Of a DNA stretch of 64,000 nucleotides, positions 27,201 through 40,733 are shown one piece after another. Location: assembly GCF_964355755.1 (NCBI RefSeq), contig NC_092677.1:890101-954100 (forward strand), written 5' to 3'. The notes beneath the pieces are model-generated. The model made no database searches and was not told the DNA's origin. It saw only the letters and a program-made list of their open reading frames with translations. Position 1 is the first letter of the stretch. Each line of letters begins with the position of its first letter. This DNA comes from Antedon mediterranea (Eukaryota; Animalia; Echinodermata). The translations under genes were made by a program, and so were the position numbers.

Positions 27201-30200
27201 ATGACAAAGTTATACAATGTTATGTTGAGAAGATTTAGAGATACATGCGCAACAAAATTCTGGGAAAGAAAGAAGAAAAAAGAAAAAAAAGAAAAAAAAT
27301 AAGAAAAAAAAAAAAAAGATCCTGACAATAACAAGGGGTTATCCGCCAAGTGCGGATAACCAACTAGATTTGAACTCGTCACTTTGACGAGTTCGGGTTA
27401 TCCGCGCATACGCAACATGCACGTACTTTAAACTATATGAACCTCGACAATTATTATGCCATCCTTTGACATGAAATAAAAATGTTTACAGTGCTGAATT
27501 GTACCTATTATGTAGCATACACCATATTACAGTATTTTACAGAATAAACTGTATATATGTTATATACAGTGTAGCATAGACGGAATTACGAGACCCATCT
27601 TTTAAATCCAATTATTAACACGATGACATCATCAAATTGACATATAAAGATAACCACTTTGGAAGATAATTATCTAAATAATTACATTAAAACAAATTTG
27701 AAGAATTTTGGGAACGTAAAAGTGAGATGCGCTCTCGTTTAAACGCAATGAACTTTGACGCAAGAGATGAAAATATGACTTTTTTAATTCAACTGGCCAT
27801 ATGATGACGTCACAACATCTGATTGGCAAAATATTCACATCAATTCATATCTACAATCCAATAGCTTCCAGAAAACGTTTTAATCATGATTATTACTTTT
27901 TAATCTGACGAGCTATAACAGATTGATATTTACTGTAAAGATGAAAATAAGTGACCCAAGTTATTTACGTTTTTAGACATGATGACGTCATAAAAATTAA
28001 AATATTTTTAATTCATGCGAAAGATAGTTGATTGACGTAGACAATATTACAATTTCGGGGGAAATGGAATACGTATAAGCGAGATGCGGTTTGTTGAATG
28101 TGATGAGCAATAACGAAAGAGTAAAAAATCCTATATTTTACATTCGTGTGGCCATACGATGACGTCATAACATTCGAGTGGTAAAGGTTCGGCATGAATT
28201 CATATCTACAACATATCTGCTTACATATTAAATTAAAAAAATTGGGGGTCGTGGATGATCCTGAGGAGCTATAATAGATTAAAAATAGGCTTAATTTTGA
28301 CAATATGTTGTCACTTTTGCAACTAAAACGCACGCAAATGGTGTAAATCAACGTGTTCGTATGACGTCATTTTAATTTGAAATGATGTCAATCTTTTTTA
28401 AAATAACTAGGAAAGACTGTAAAATTATAATTCAAGAGAAAAACACATGATTTTCATGCTCCGTGCGCACCTTACGCGTAATTTTTTTCGCGCGCGTGGG
28501 AATTTTTGACATGCTCAAAATGTCATGATCAGCGTAGAAAGTTGATTAGAAATTAATTTTGCGCATTTTAAATTTTTAAATGCGCGTGCGCGCGTAACTT
28601 CTTGTGAAACATGTCATTTTTAATCCATAGAAAGTTTGCCCTTAATTTAACTTAAATTTTCACCAAGTTTCAATATAAAATTACTTTTGGTTTATAATCT
28701 ATGACCAATCATTGAAATTCATAAAATCGCGCGTAACTTACGCTGCGCGACTCTAAAGTCATATAACGAAGTTTCTTGCACATCTACAGCTACAGGTCAA
28801 TCTTATGACAAAGTTATACAATCTTATGTTGACAAGGATGAGAGATATGCGACGCACAAAAATCCGGGAAAGAAAGAAGAATAAAGATGAAGAAAAAAGA
28901 TATTTACAATAACAAGGGTTATCCGCAACTTACTAGTTGCGGATAACCAACTAGATTTGAACTCGTCACTACGGACGAGTTAGGTTATCCGCAGAGCAAA
29001 AGCCACGTGCACGTCATACGTTAGAATATTGCGCAGAGAAAAACATTATGCCATTGAAAAAATGTTAGTGCGCTCTCTATTTTACGTCACGTCTAAGTAT
29101 ACACTGTATACACTATATATTGTATACGTACTACATACAGTGAAGAATATGTGAAAATAAGTGGCCCAAGTTATTGACGCTTTTGGACATGATGACGTCA
29201 TCACAATTTTAAAAACGGTATATCATGCGAAACATAATTGATTGGCATAGACAATATAAAAAAATGGGGGGAAATGGAATTGGGATAAGTGAAGATGCGC
29301 TCTATTAAATGTGATGAGCTATGACGAAAGAGACAAAAATCCTATATTTTATATTTGAGTGGCCATACGATGACGTCACTATGTCCTGTTAGCCATATCG
29401 ATGCATGATTCGATATCTACAACTCATCAACTTCCGGAATGTGTAATTTAAAAGAAGTTCACCTCGTAGTTTACAATCTATGACTGTTTTAAAAAAGGCA
29501 TAATTTTGACGAATTTTTCTACTTTTTCTTCAAAAACGCGCGCAAATTGTTCAATTCTACGTGCTCGTATGACGTGATTTTAAGTCGAAATTGATTGAAA
29601 ATTGGTAAATTTACTAGAAAAGGCTGAAAAAACAAAAATCAAGCAAAAAAAACATGTTTTTGCGCTACGTGCGCACGCGCGCGTAAAAAAAATGCGCACG
29701 CGTGGAAATTTTTGAAATGCTCAAAATGCCCTGAAACGCGTAGAAAGTTGATTAGAAATGGATATTTCGCAATTTGAAATTTTAAACGCGCGTGCGCGCG
29801 TAACTTTATGTCAAACATGCCATTTTTAATCCATAGAAAGTTTGCCCTTGATATGACTTAAATGTTCACCAAGTGTCATTACAAAATGACTTTTGGTTTT
29901 TAGTCTATGTTAAATACGCGAAATTCATAAAATCGCGCGTAGCTTACGCTGCGCGACTCTAAAGAAAAAAAACGAGCTGTCCTGCACTTCTACAGATAGA
30001 GGTAAATCTTCTGACAAAGTTATACGATGTAATGTTGATCAGAATTTGAGATACACGTGACACAAAATTTTGGGAAAGAAAGAAGAATAACATAGAAAAA
30101 AAACTAGATTTGAACTCGTCACTACGGACGAGTTAGGTTATCCGCAGCGCAAAAGCCACGTGCACGTCATACGTTAGAATAGTGCGCGCAGAAAAACGAT

Positions 30201-33200
30201 TATGCCATTGAAAAAAATGTTAGTGCGCTCTCTATTTTGCGTCACGTCTAAGTATATACGGTATACACTATATTATACTCTATACGTACTACATACAGTG
30301 CAGAATAGGTGAAAATAAGTGACCAAAGTTATTGACGCTTTTGGACATGATGACGTCATCACAATTTTTAAACTAATAAATCATGCGAAAGATAATTGAT
30401 TGACTTAGACAATATAAAGAAATGGAGGGCAATGGAATACGGATAAGTGGAGATGCGCTCTATTAAATGTGATGAGCTATACGAAAGAGACAAAAATCCT
30501 ATATTTTATATTTGAGTGGCCATACGATGACGTCACAATGTCCAGTTAGCTATATTGATGCATGATTCGATATCTACAACTCATCTACTTCCACAATATG
30601 GAATTTAAAAAAAGTTCACCACGTAGTTTAGAATCTATGACTTTTTAAAAAAAGGCATAACTTTCACGAATTTTTTAACTTTTTCATCAAAAACGCGCGC
30701 AAATTGTTCAATTCTACGTGCTCGTATGACATGATTTTAAGTCAAAATCCATTGAAAATTGGTAAATTTACTAGAAAAGGCTGAAAAAACAAAAATCAAG
30801 CAAAAAAAATATGTTTTTGCGCTACGTGCGCACGCGCGCGTAAAAAAATGCGCGCTGGTGGGAATTTTTGAAATGCTCAAAATGACCTGAAACGCGTAGA
30901 AAGTTGATTAGAAATTGATTTTTCGCAATTTAAAATTTTAAACGCGCGTGCGCGCGTAACTTTTTGCGCAACCTGCCATTTTTAATCTACAAAAAATTTG
31001 CGCTTTATATGACTTAAATTTTCACCAAGTTTCAATACAAAATGACTTTTGGTTTTTAATCTATGATCAATAATTGAAATTCATAAAATCGCGCGTAACT
31101 TACGCTGCGCAAATCAAAATTTGAAAAAAAAAGTTTCTTGCACATCTACAGATATAGGGCAATCTTTTGACAATGTTATACAATCTTCTGTTGGCTAGAA
31201 TTAGAGATACGCTGCCCACAAAAAATGGGAGAGAAGTGTGGAAAGAAAGAAATAAATACTAGATTTGAACTCGTCACTACGGACGAGTTAGGTTATCCGC
31301 AGCGCAAAAGCCACGTGCGTCATACGTTAGAATATTGCGCGCAGAAAAACGATTATGCCATTGAAAAAAATGTTAGTGAGCCCTCTATTTTGCGTCACGT
31401 CTAAGTATATACGGTATACGCTATACTGTATACGTACTACATACAGTGCAGAATAGGTGAAAATAAGTGACCAAAGTTATTGACGCTTTTACAAATGATG
31501 ACGTCATAACAATCTTAAAAATTGTTAACCATGCGAAAGATAATTGATTGACCTCGAAAATATAACAAAATGGGGGGAAATGGAATACGGATAAGTAGAG
31601 ATGCGCTCTATTAAATGTGATGAGCTATGCGAAAGAGACAAAAATCCTATATTTTATATTCGAGTGGCCATACGATGACGTCACAATGTCCGGTTAGCCA
31701 TATGGATGCATGATTTGATATCTACAACTCATCTACATTCAGAATATGTAATTTTAAAAAAGTTCACCACGTAGTTTAGAATCTATGACTGTTTAAAAAA
31801 AGGCATAATTTTGACAAATTTTTGAACTTTTTCATCAAAAACGTGCGTAAATTGTTTAATTCTACGTGCTCGTATGACGTGATTTTAAGTCGAAATTGTT
31901 TGAAAGTTGGTAAATTTACTAAAAAAGACAGGAAAAACAAAAATCTAGCAAAGAAATGATGTTTTTGCACTACGTGCGCACGCGCGCGTAAAAAAATTGC
32001 GCACGCGTGGGAATTTTTGAAATGCTCAAAATGACATGAAACGCGTAGAAAGTTGATTAGAAATTGATTTTTTGCATTTTGAAATTTTAAACGCGCGTGC
32101 ACGCGTAACTTTTTGTAAAACATGCCATTTTTAATCCATAGAAAGTTTGCGCTTGATATGACTTAAATTTTCACCAAGTTTCAATACAAAATGACTTTTG
32201 ATTTTTAATCTATGATCAATCATTGAAATTCATAAAATCGCGCGTAACTTACGTTGCGCGACTCTAAAGTTAAAAAACGAAACGTCCTGCACATCTACAG
32301 CTAGAGGTCAATCTTATGACAAAGTTACACAATCTTATATTGGCCAGAATTAGAGATACGCTGCGAACAAAATTCCGGGAAAGAAAGAAGAATAAGATAG
32401 AAAAAAAAAAAAAAGAAAAAAAAAGATCCTGACAATAACAAGGGGTTATCCGCCAAGTGCGGATAACCAACTAGATTTGAACTCGTCACTACGGACGAGT
32501 TAGGTTATCCGCAGTGCAAAAGCCACGTGCACGTCATACGTTAGTGCGCGCAAAAAAATAAAACGATTATGGCATTGAAAAATGTTAGTGCGCTCTCTAT
32601 GTTGCGTCGCGTCTAAGTATATACGGTATAACACTATATACTGTATACGTACTACATACAGTGCAGAATAGGTGAAAATAAGTGACCAAAGTTATTGACG
32701 CATTTGAACATGATGCCGTCATCACAATTTTTAAAATGGTGGATCATGCAAAAGGTAATTGATTGATCTAGACAATATAAAAAAATTGAGTGAAATGGAA
32801 TAGGGATAAGTAGAGATGCGCTCTATTAAATTAACGAGCTATGACGAAAGAGAAAAAAATCCTATATTTTATATTCGGGTGGCCATACGATGACGTCACA
32901 ATGTCTGGTTAGCCATATCAATGCATGATTCGAGAAAAACAACTCATTTACTTCCAGAATCTGAAATTTTAAATATTTTCACCTCGGAGTTTAGAATCTA
33001 TGACTTTTTAAAAAAAGGCATAATTTTCACAAATTTTTGAACTTTTTCATCAAAAACACGCGCAAATTGTTCAATTCTACGTGCTCGTATGACGTGATTT
33101 TAAGTCGAAATTGATTGAAAATTGGTAAATGTACTAGAAAAAACTGAAAAAACAAAAATCAAGCAAAAAAAAGATGTTTTTGCGCTACGTGCGCACGCGC

Positions 33201-33749
33201 GCGTAAAAAATATGCGCACGCGTGGGAATTTTTGAAATGCTCAAAATGACCTGAAACGCGTAGAAAGTTGATTAGAAATGAATTTTTCGCAATTTGAAAT
33301 TTTAAACGCGCGTGCGCGCGTAACTTTATGTCAAACATGCCATTTTTAATCCATAGAAAGTTTGCCCTTGATATGACTTAAATGTTCACCAAGTGTCATT
33401 ACAAAATGACTTTTGCTTTTTAGTCTATGTTAAATACGCGAAATTCATAAAATCGCGCGTAGCTTACGCTGCGCGACTCTAAAGTAAAAAAACGAGCTGT
33501 CCTGCACTTCTACACATAGAGGTAAATCTTCTGACAAAGTTATACGATGTAATGTTGATCAGAATTTGAGATACACGTGACACAAAATTTTGGGAAAGAA
33601 AGAAGAATAACATAGAAAAAAAAAAAAAAAAAAAAAAAGATCCTGACAATAACAAGAGGTTATCCGCCAAGTGCGGATAACCAAAAAAAAAAAAAAAAAA
33701 AAAAAGATCCTGACAATAACAAGAGGTTATCCGCCAAGTGCGGATAACC
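11841..33749. mobile_element. Head-to-tail array of 18 non-autonomous Helentron-associated (HINE/DINE-1-like) elements
   Basis: CTAGATTTGAACTCGTCAC..GACGAGTT..GGTTATCCGC starts at 11841, 12982, 14133, 15280, 16433, 17647, 18872, 20097, 21327, 22480, 23695, 24919, 26139, 27364, 28951, 30104, 31259 and 32471. Termini match the autonomous element; no coding capacity; units visibly differ from each other. Confidence 0.92.
27364..28948. mobile_element. Divergent ~1.59-kb non-autonomous Helentron unit (second family)
   Basis: Left hairpin GAACTCGTCA-CTT-TGACGAGTTC; right palindrome GGTTATCCGCAACT-TACT-AGTTGCGGATAACC (28917-28948); extra internal module. Confidence 0.88.
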
Positions 33750-34766
33750 AACTAGATTTGAACTCGTCACTGCGGACGAGTTAGGTTATCCGCGAAAACG
33801 CAACGTCTAATAATATACACGTAGAATACATATAATAGGTCTGACGTGAAAACTAATTTTCGTTATTCGTTAAATATTGGTAATTTTGGCGAGGATTGCA
33901 TGCCATACTGTAGGTGAACCGAATTTCGAGAAAATTCGACAACGTGTTGTGTTGTGGTATGTCGTTGGTAAACTCCATGTTGGTTTTTAAGAGTCGCTCT
34001 CTGATAATATTGTTACAAATACCATTTTATATCGTCGAACTTCAACGATTAAATAAATAAATAACAAACTCAAGTTTGTTGAGAATTGATATACTATAAG
34101 AAATAGGTAAGAAATTATGTGGATTGTTTGATTTGTAGTTGTTTTGTAATTGCTACTTACTAACGATACCCTAGCCTACTATAGATATACGGAAGGATGT
34201 CAGACTTTCAGAGACGGCCGGCAAACGTCGTGACGTTTTTCAGCCCGATGGCTTTCGTAGCAGCACGACAATCGTGTATGGCCATGTGTATGTTAAATAC
34301 GGTCCCGGTAAATACGAACAAATATGTCTGCTACATTCATAGTGTACCTAGGCCTAGCCTGTACAAGAATACTTGCTGTTTTTAGTAGGACTAAACGGCG
34401 CTAGTTCCCTTTTGCACCTGGCTTATATTATATTAACTCTAGCTTAATTTTTAGTTGTATAAATTCTTAAAGAGAAGAAACAATGACTCGTTCTTCTTAC
34501 AATAGCATGTTGTCTAGGCTTACTCCAGTAGTCCTAGTAGTAGTGACGTAGGTCAGCGCAGTTCCCTTTCGCACCTGTCATTGTTACAAATATTGTGGAT
34601 GTTTTGATCACAATTTGTATTGATATTTATAATAATAATATATTTTTGTCTTGTAGCTGTTGGAAGAGATACACAATTGTTTCTACTTTAGTATCTCTAG
34701 AATATTGTAAGTAGTGTATATTAAATAAATAGTTTGTAGAGATGATTAATGGTTTCATGATTGGGA

Positions 34767-37700
34767 GTGAACTGTTGCCTGTTATTTTGTAGGCATTTTC
34801 TATTATGAAACATTTACATAATTCAGATTTTATTGTTTGTGAATAAAATAAGTTATTTTGAGGAAATTTCTTAATTTTTCAGACATTGATTAAGAAGCTT
34901 GTTGATTTGGAAAAAGTGTTAATGTTGTTTATTACCATTATCAATGTTTTTCCTTGTTTTTTTTAGATTGTAGAAAATATACAGTTTCAGCTACAGCTGT
35001 GAGTATCAGTAGATTATTTGTTAAACGGAGAAAACATATTTTCCTTGCTTTGTGAACTGTTGCCTGTTATTTTGTAGGCATTTTATATTATGAAACATTT
35101 AAATAATTCAGATTTTATGGTTTGTGAATAAGATATTAAATGAACGTAGTATTGAGACAACATGTAGACCCCAATCAGCCGGCCCATACCCAAAGTTATT
35201 TTGAGGAAATTTCTTAATTTTTCAGACATTGATTAAGAAGCTTGTTGATTTGGAAAAAGTGTTAATGTTGTTTATCGCCATTATCAATGTTTTTCCTTGT
35301 TTTTTTTAGATTGTAGAAAATTAACAGTTTCAGCTACAGCTGTGAGTATTAGTAGATTATCTGTTAAATGGAGAAAACATATTTTCCTTACTTTGTGAAC
35401 TGTTGCTTGCCCTAATCAGCCGGCCCATACCCAAAGTCATTTTGAGGAAATTTCCTAATTTTTCAGACATTGATTAAGAAGCATGTTGATTTAGCAAAAG
35501 GGTTAATGTTGTTTATTGCCATTATCAATGTTTTCCTTGTTGTTTTTAGATTGTAGAAAATATACAGTGTTAGCTACAGCTGTGAGTATTAGTAGGTTAT
35601 CTGTTAAATTGAGAAAACATATTTTTCTTACTTTGTGAACAGTTGCCTGTTATTTTGTAGGCATTTTCTATTATGAAACATTTACAGCATTCAGATTTTA
35701 TGGTTTGTGAATAAAATAATAAATGAAATTAGCATTGAGACAACACAGGCCGTAACCAGCTGTCTCATACCCAAAGTCATTTTGAGGAATTTCTTAATTT
35801 TTCAGACCTCGATTAAGAAGCATGTTGATTTGGAAAAAGTGTTAATGTTGTTTATTGCCATTATCAATGTTTTTCCTTGTTTTTTTTTTAGATTGTAGAA
35901 AATTAACAGTTTCAGCTACAGCTGTGAGTATTAGTAGATTATCTGTTAAACGGAGAAAACATATTTTCCTTACTTTGTGAACTGTTGCCTGTTATTTTGT
36001 AGGCATTTTATATTATGAAACATTTACATAATTCAGATTTTATGGTTTGTGAATAAGATATTAAATGAAATTAGTATTGAGACAACATGTAGACCCCAAT
36101 CAGCCGGCCCATACCCAAAGTTATTTTGAGAAAATTTCTTAATTTTTCAGACATTGATTAGAAGCATGTTGATTTAGCAAAAGGGTTAATGTTGTTTATT
36201 GCCATTATCAATGTTTTTTCTTGTTGTTTTTAGATTATAGAAAATATACAGTGTTAGCTATAGCTGTGAGTATTAGTAGATTATCTGTTAAACGGAGAAA
36301 ACATATTTTCCTTACTTTGTGAACAGTTGCCTGTTATTTTGTAGGCATTTTCTATTATGAAACATTTACAGCATTCAGATTTTATGGTTTGTGAATAAAA
36401 TATTAAATGAAATTAGCATTGAGAAAACATGTAGGCCCTAACCAGCTGTCTCATACCCAAAGTCATTTTGAGGAATTTCTAAATTTTTCAGACCTCGATT
36501 AAGAAGCATGTTGATTTGGAAAAAGTGTTAATGTTGTTTATTGCCAATTATTAATGTTTTTCCTTGTTTTTTTTTTAGATTGTAGAAAATATACAGTGTC
36601 AGCTACAGCTGTGAGTATTAGTAGATTATCTGCTAAACAGAGAAAACATATTTTCCTTACTTTGTGAACTGTTGCCTGTTATTTTGTAGGCATTTTCTAT
36701 TATGAAACATTTACATCATTCAGATTTTATGGTTTGTGAATAAAATATTAAATGAAATTAGCATTGAGACAACATGTAGGCCCCAATTAGCCGACCCATA
36801 CCCAAAGTCATTTTGAGGAAATTTCTTAATTTTTCAGACATTGATTAAGAAGCTTGTTGATTTGGAAAAAGTGATAATGTTGTTTATTGCCATTATCAAT
36901 GTTTTTCCTTGTTTTTTTTTAGATTTTAGAAAATATACAGTTTCAGCTACAGCTGTGAGTATCAGTAGATTATCTGTTAAACGGAGAAAACATATTTTCC
37001 TTACTTTGTGAACTGTTGCCTGTTATTTTGTAGACATTTTCTATTATGAAACATTTACGTAATTCAGATTTTATTGTTTGTGATCAAACAATTAAATGAA
37101 ATTACCATTGAGACAACATGTAGGCCGCAATCAGCCGGCCCATACCCAAAGTCATTTTGAGGAAATTTCCTAATTTTTCAGACATTGATTAAGAAGCATG
37201 TTGATTTGGAAAAAGTGTTAATGTTGTTTATTGCCATTATTAATGTTTTTCCTTGTTTTTTTTAGATTGTAGAAAATTAACAGTTTCAGCTACAGCTGTG
37301 AGTATTAGTAGATTATCTGTTAAACGGAGAAAACATATTTTCCTTACTTTGTGAACTGTTGCCTGTTATTTTGTAGGCATTTTATATTATGAAACATTTA
37401 AATAATTTAGATTTTATGGTTTGTGAATACGATATTAAATGAAAGTAGTATTGAGACAACATGTAGACCCTAACCAGCCGTCCCATACCTAAAGTCATTT
37501 TAAGGAAATTTCTTAATTTTTCAGACATTGATTAAGAAGCATGTTGATTTAGAAAAAGTGTTAATGTTGTTTATTGCCATTATTAATGTTTTTTCTTGTT
37601 TTTTTTAGATTGTAGAAAATTAACAGTTTCAGCTACAGCTGTGAGTATTAGTAGATTATCTGTTAAACGGAGAAAACATATTTTCCTTACTTTGTGAACT

Positions 37701-39076
37701 GTTGCCTGTTATTTTGTAGGCATTTTATATTATGAAACATTTACATAATTCAGATTTTATGGTTTGTGAATAAGATATTAAATGAAAGTAGTTTTGAGAC
37801 AACATGTAGACCCCAATCATCTGGCCCATACCCAAAGTTATTTTGAGGAAATTTCTTAATTTTTCAGACATTGATTAAGAAGCTTGTTGATTTGGAAAAA
37901 GTGTTAATGTTGTTTATTACCATTATCAATGTTTTTCCTTGTTTTTTTTAGATTGTAGAAAATATACAGTTTCAGCTACAGCTGTGAGTATCAGTAGATT
38001 ATTTGTTAAACGGAGAAAACATATTTTCCTTGCTTTGTGAACTGTTGCCTGTTATTTTGTAGGCATTTTATATTATGAAACATTTACATAATTCAGATTT
38101 TATGGTTTGTGAATAAGATATTAAATGAAATTAGTTTTGAGACAACATGTAGACCCCAATCATCTGGCCCATATCCAAAGTTATTTTGAGGAAATTTCTT
38201 AATTTTTCAGACATTGATTAAGAAGCATGTTGATTTAACAAAAGGGTTAATGTTGTTTTTTTGCCATTATCAATGTTTTTCCTTGTTGTTTTTAGATTGT
38301 AGAAAATATACAGTGTTAGCTACAGCTGTGAGTATCAGTAGGTTATCTGTTAAACGGAGAAAACATATTTTCCTTACTTTGTGAACAGTTGCCTGTTATT
38401 TTGTAGGCATTTTCTATTATGTAACATTTACATAATTCAGATTTTATGGTTTGTGAATAAAATATTAAATGAAATTAGCATTAAGACAACATGTAGGCCT
38501 AACCAGCTGTCTCATACCCAAAGTCATTTTAAGGAATTTCTTAATTTTTCAGACATTGATTAAAAAGCATGTTGATTTGGAAAAAGTGTTAATGTTGTTT
38601 ATTGCCAATTATTAATGTTTTTCCTTGTTTTTTTTTTTAGATTGTAGAACATATACAGTGTCAGCTACAGCTGTGAGTATTAGTAGATTATCTGTTAAAC
38701 GGATAAAACATATTTTCTTTACTTTGTGAACCGTTGCCTGTTATTTTGTAGGCATGTTCTATTATGAAACATTTACATAATTCAGATTTTATGGTTTGTG
38801 AATAAAATATTAAATGAAATTAGCATTGAGACAACATGTAGGCCCTAACCAGCTGTCTAATACCCAAATTCATTTTGAGAAAATTTCTTAATTTTTCAGA
38901 CATTGATTAAGAAGCATGTTGATTTTGAAAAAGTGTTAATGTTGTTTATTGCCATTATTAATGATTTTCCTTTTATTTTTTAGATTGTAGTTGTACAGAA
39001 AATATACAGTGCCAGTTACAGCTGTGAGTATTAGAAAATTATCTGTAAAACGGAAAAAACATATTTTCCTTACTTT
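34767..39076 (+). repeat. About 13 copies of a ~343-bp repeat, each an intron-like segment plus a 32-nt micro-exon-like segment
   Basis: ttttttag|ATTGTAGAAAATATACAGTTTCAGCTACAGCT|gtgagt, with exon starts at 34967, 35310, 35550, 35892, 36234, 36579, 36923, 37266, 37609, 37952, 38296, 38641 and 38984 (the last has an insertion). Confidence 0.9.
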
Positions 39077-39811
39077 ATGCCCTCCAATAATTGATAAACA
39101 TGTGTTGTTTGTAAATTTACTATACTGAGTGACCAAATATGTTTGTGTATAAAATTCTATTTTATTAGAACATTGAATAGTTAAACCTATTTTCAGATTA
39201 ATTTTGAAGGTGAAATTGTTATGAAAGAATTTGTTTCCGACACATTCCATGTAATGAAGTTTTGACATATTTTTAGGTCAAAATATCTTCTATAGTGATT
39301 TATTTATATTGTATAAACCAAAGTCACAAATATATTATCACAATTTACTTCAAAATTTGGGACAATCATCCTTTTTAACATAAATGTGGTGGTCAGTTTC
39401 TCCAGACATAAATTTGCAATTTTATAAAATGGGTCTATCCTGAATTTAGTAATGAGTTGGTCCTAATTTGTTTTGCTAGGCCCAATAGATCATGTTACAT
39501 TCCACAGGGGGGATGTGTATATTATTATTTAGGTATTTGTAAAAACACTGATTTATCTACTGATTCAATTTATAATTGTTTGACTGTAATTCTTAGTACT
39601 GTACAGTGTATCTTAAAATTAATAACTAACTCTTTTTTTTTCTTTTATTGTAGGTGACTGTCTTATATAAACCCACTGGATCTCAGAAGAGATCCGGGTC
39701 TTTAGAAAAAGATCCACTCTCCAAAGAGAGTTTCTACGAGGGGTTACCGAATTTTAATATTTATGCACAATTTCTTTTTAAACATTTTTTAAAAGTATCT
39801 TTGAAACATTC

Positions 39812-40170
39812 AGTAAAACCTTGAAGTAAACAGAAGTTTATCACAAGGAAAAAACTAATAAACAAAAGTTTATTACAAACCATTTTTGCAAAAGCAAAAG
39901 TGTAAAACCTTGAAGATAACAAAAGTTAATCACAAGGAAACAACTAATAAACAAAAGTTTATTACAAAACCATTTTTGCAAAAGCAAAAGTGTCAAACCT
40001 TGAAGATAACAGAAGTTAATCACAAGGAAACAACTAATAAACAAAAGTTTATTACAAAACCATTTTTGCAAAAGCAAAAGTGTAAAACCTTGAAGATAAC
40101 AGAAGTTAATCACAAGGAAACAACTAATAAACAAAAGTTTATTACAAAACCATTTTTGCAAAAGCAAAAG
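39812..40170. repeat. 90-bp tandem repeat, about 4 copies
   Basis: tgtaaaaccttgaagataacagaagttaatcacaagg..gcaaaagcaaaag at ~39812, 39901, 39991 and 40081. Confidence 0.9.
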
Positions 40171-40733
40171 TTTAAAGTTAAAGTTTGATTATACAAACAA
40201 AAGTTTGAAGAATAAAACAGAAGCTTATTATAAAGAAATAAATATTAAACAGAGTATATTACAAAAGAATTAATTAAAGACGATTTAAAGATCACTTTTA
40301 TTTGAATCTGTTATTAAGTAGAATTGTAAAAAGAATAAAAATTAGAATCTGAAACTATTTAGCATAACCAAGTATTAAAGAGAAGTTTAAAATAATATTT
40401 ATAATAATATTAAATAGTATTTCATTAAGCCAATATTAAGCAGAAGCTAATTTTTTTATTCAGTGAAATTGTATAATTGAACTATTGAAAAAAAAGCAGA
40501 CAAAAAAAAATATATTAAAAGAAAAAAAATTAGGACAAAAATTAAAAATCATAGAAACAAAAGACAATATAAAATTGAATTGTTTTTGGAATTTTAATAA
40601 TTTATTTTGTTTTAGCAAGGATTTCTTGAATTGATAAAAAGAACTTAATTGTAATATTCATTGGAATTGCAGAATACAAAGTTTATTAATTTGAAGAAAT
40701 TTGTAGGTTTGTTTCTTATACAAATTTTAAATA

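Noticed and set aside
11527-33751. Many 60-115-aa ORFs in the array (MVIRTWRIT.., poly-F or poly-K)
   Set aside because: Translations of terminal palindromes and A-runs; frames are not conserved between units.
39841-40188. Overlapping 100-108-aa ORFs on both strands
   Set aside because: By-product of the 90-bp tandem repeat; no recognisable domain.
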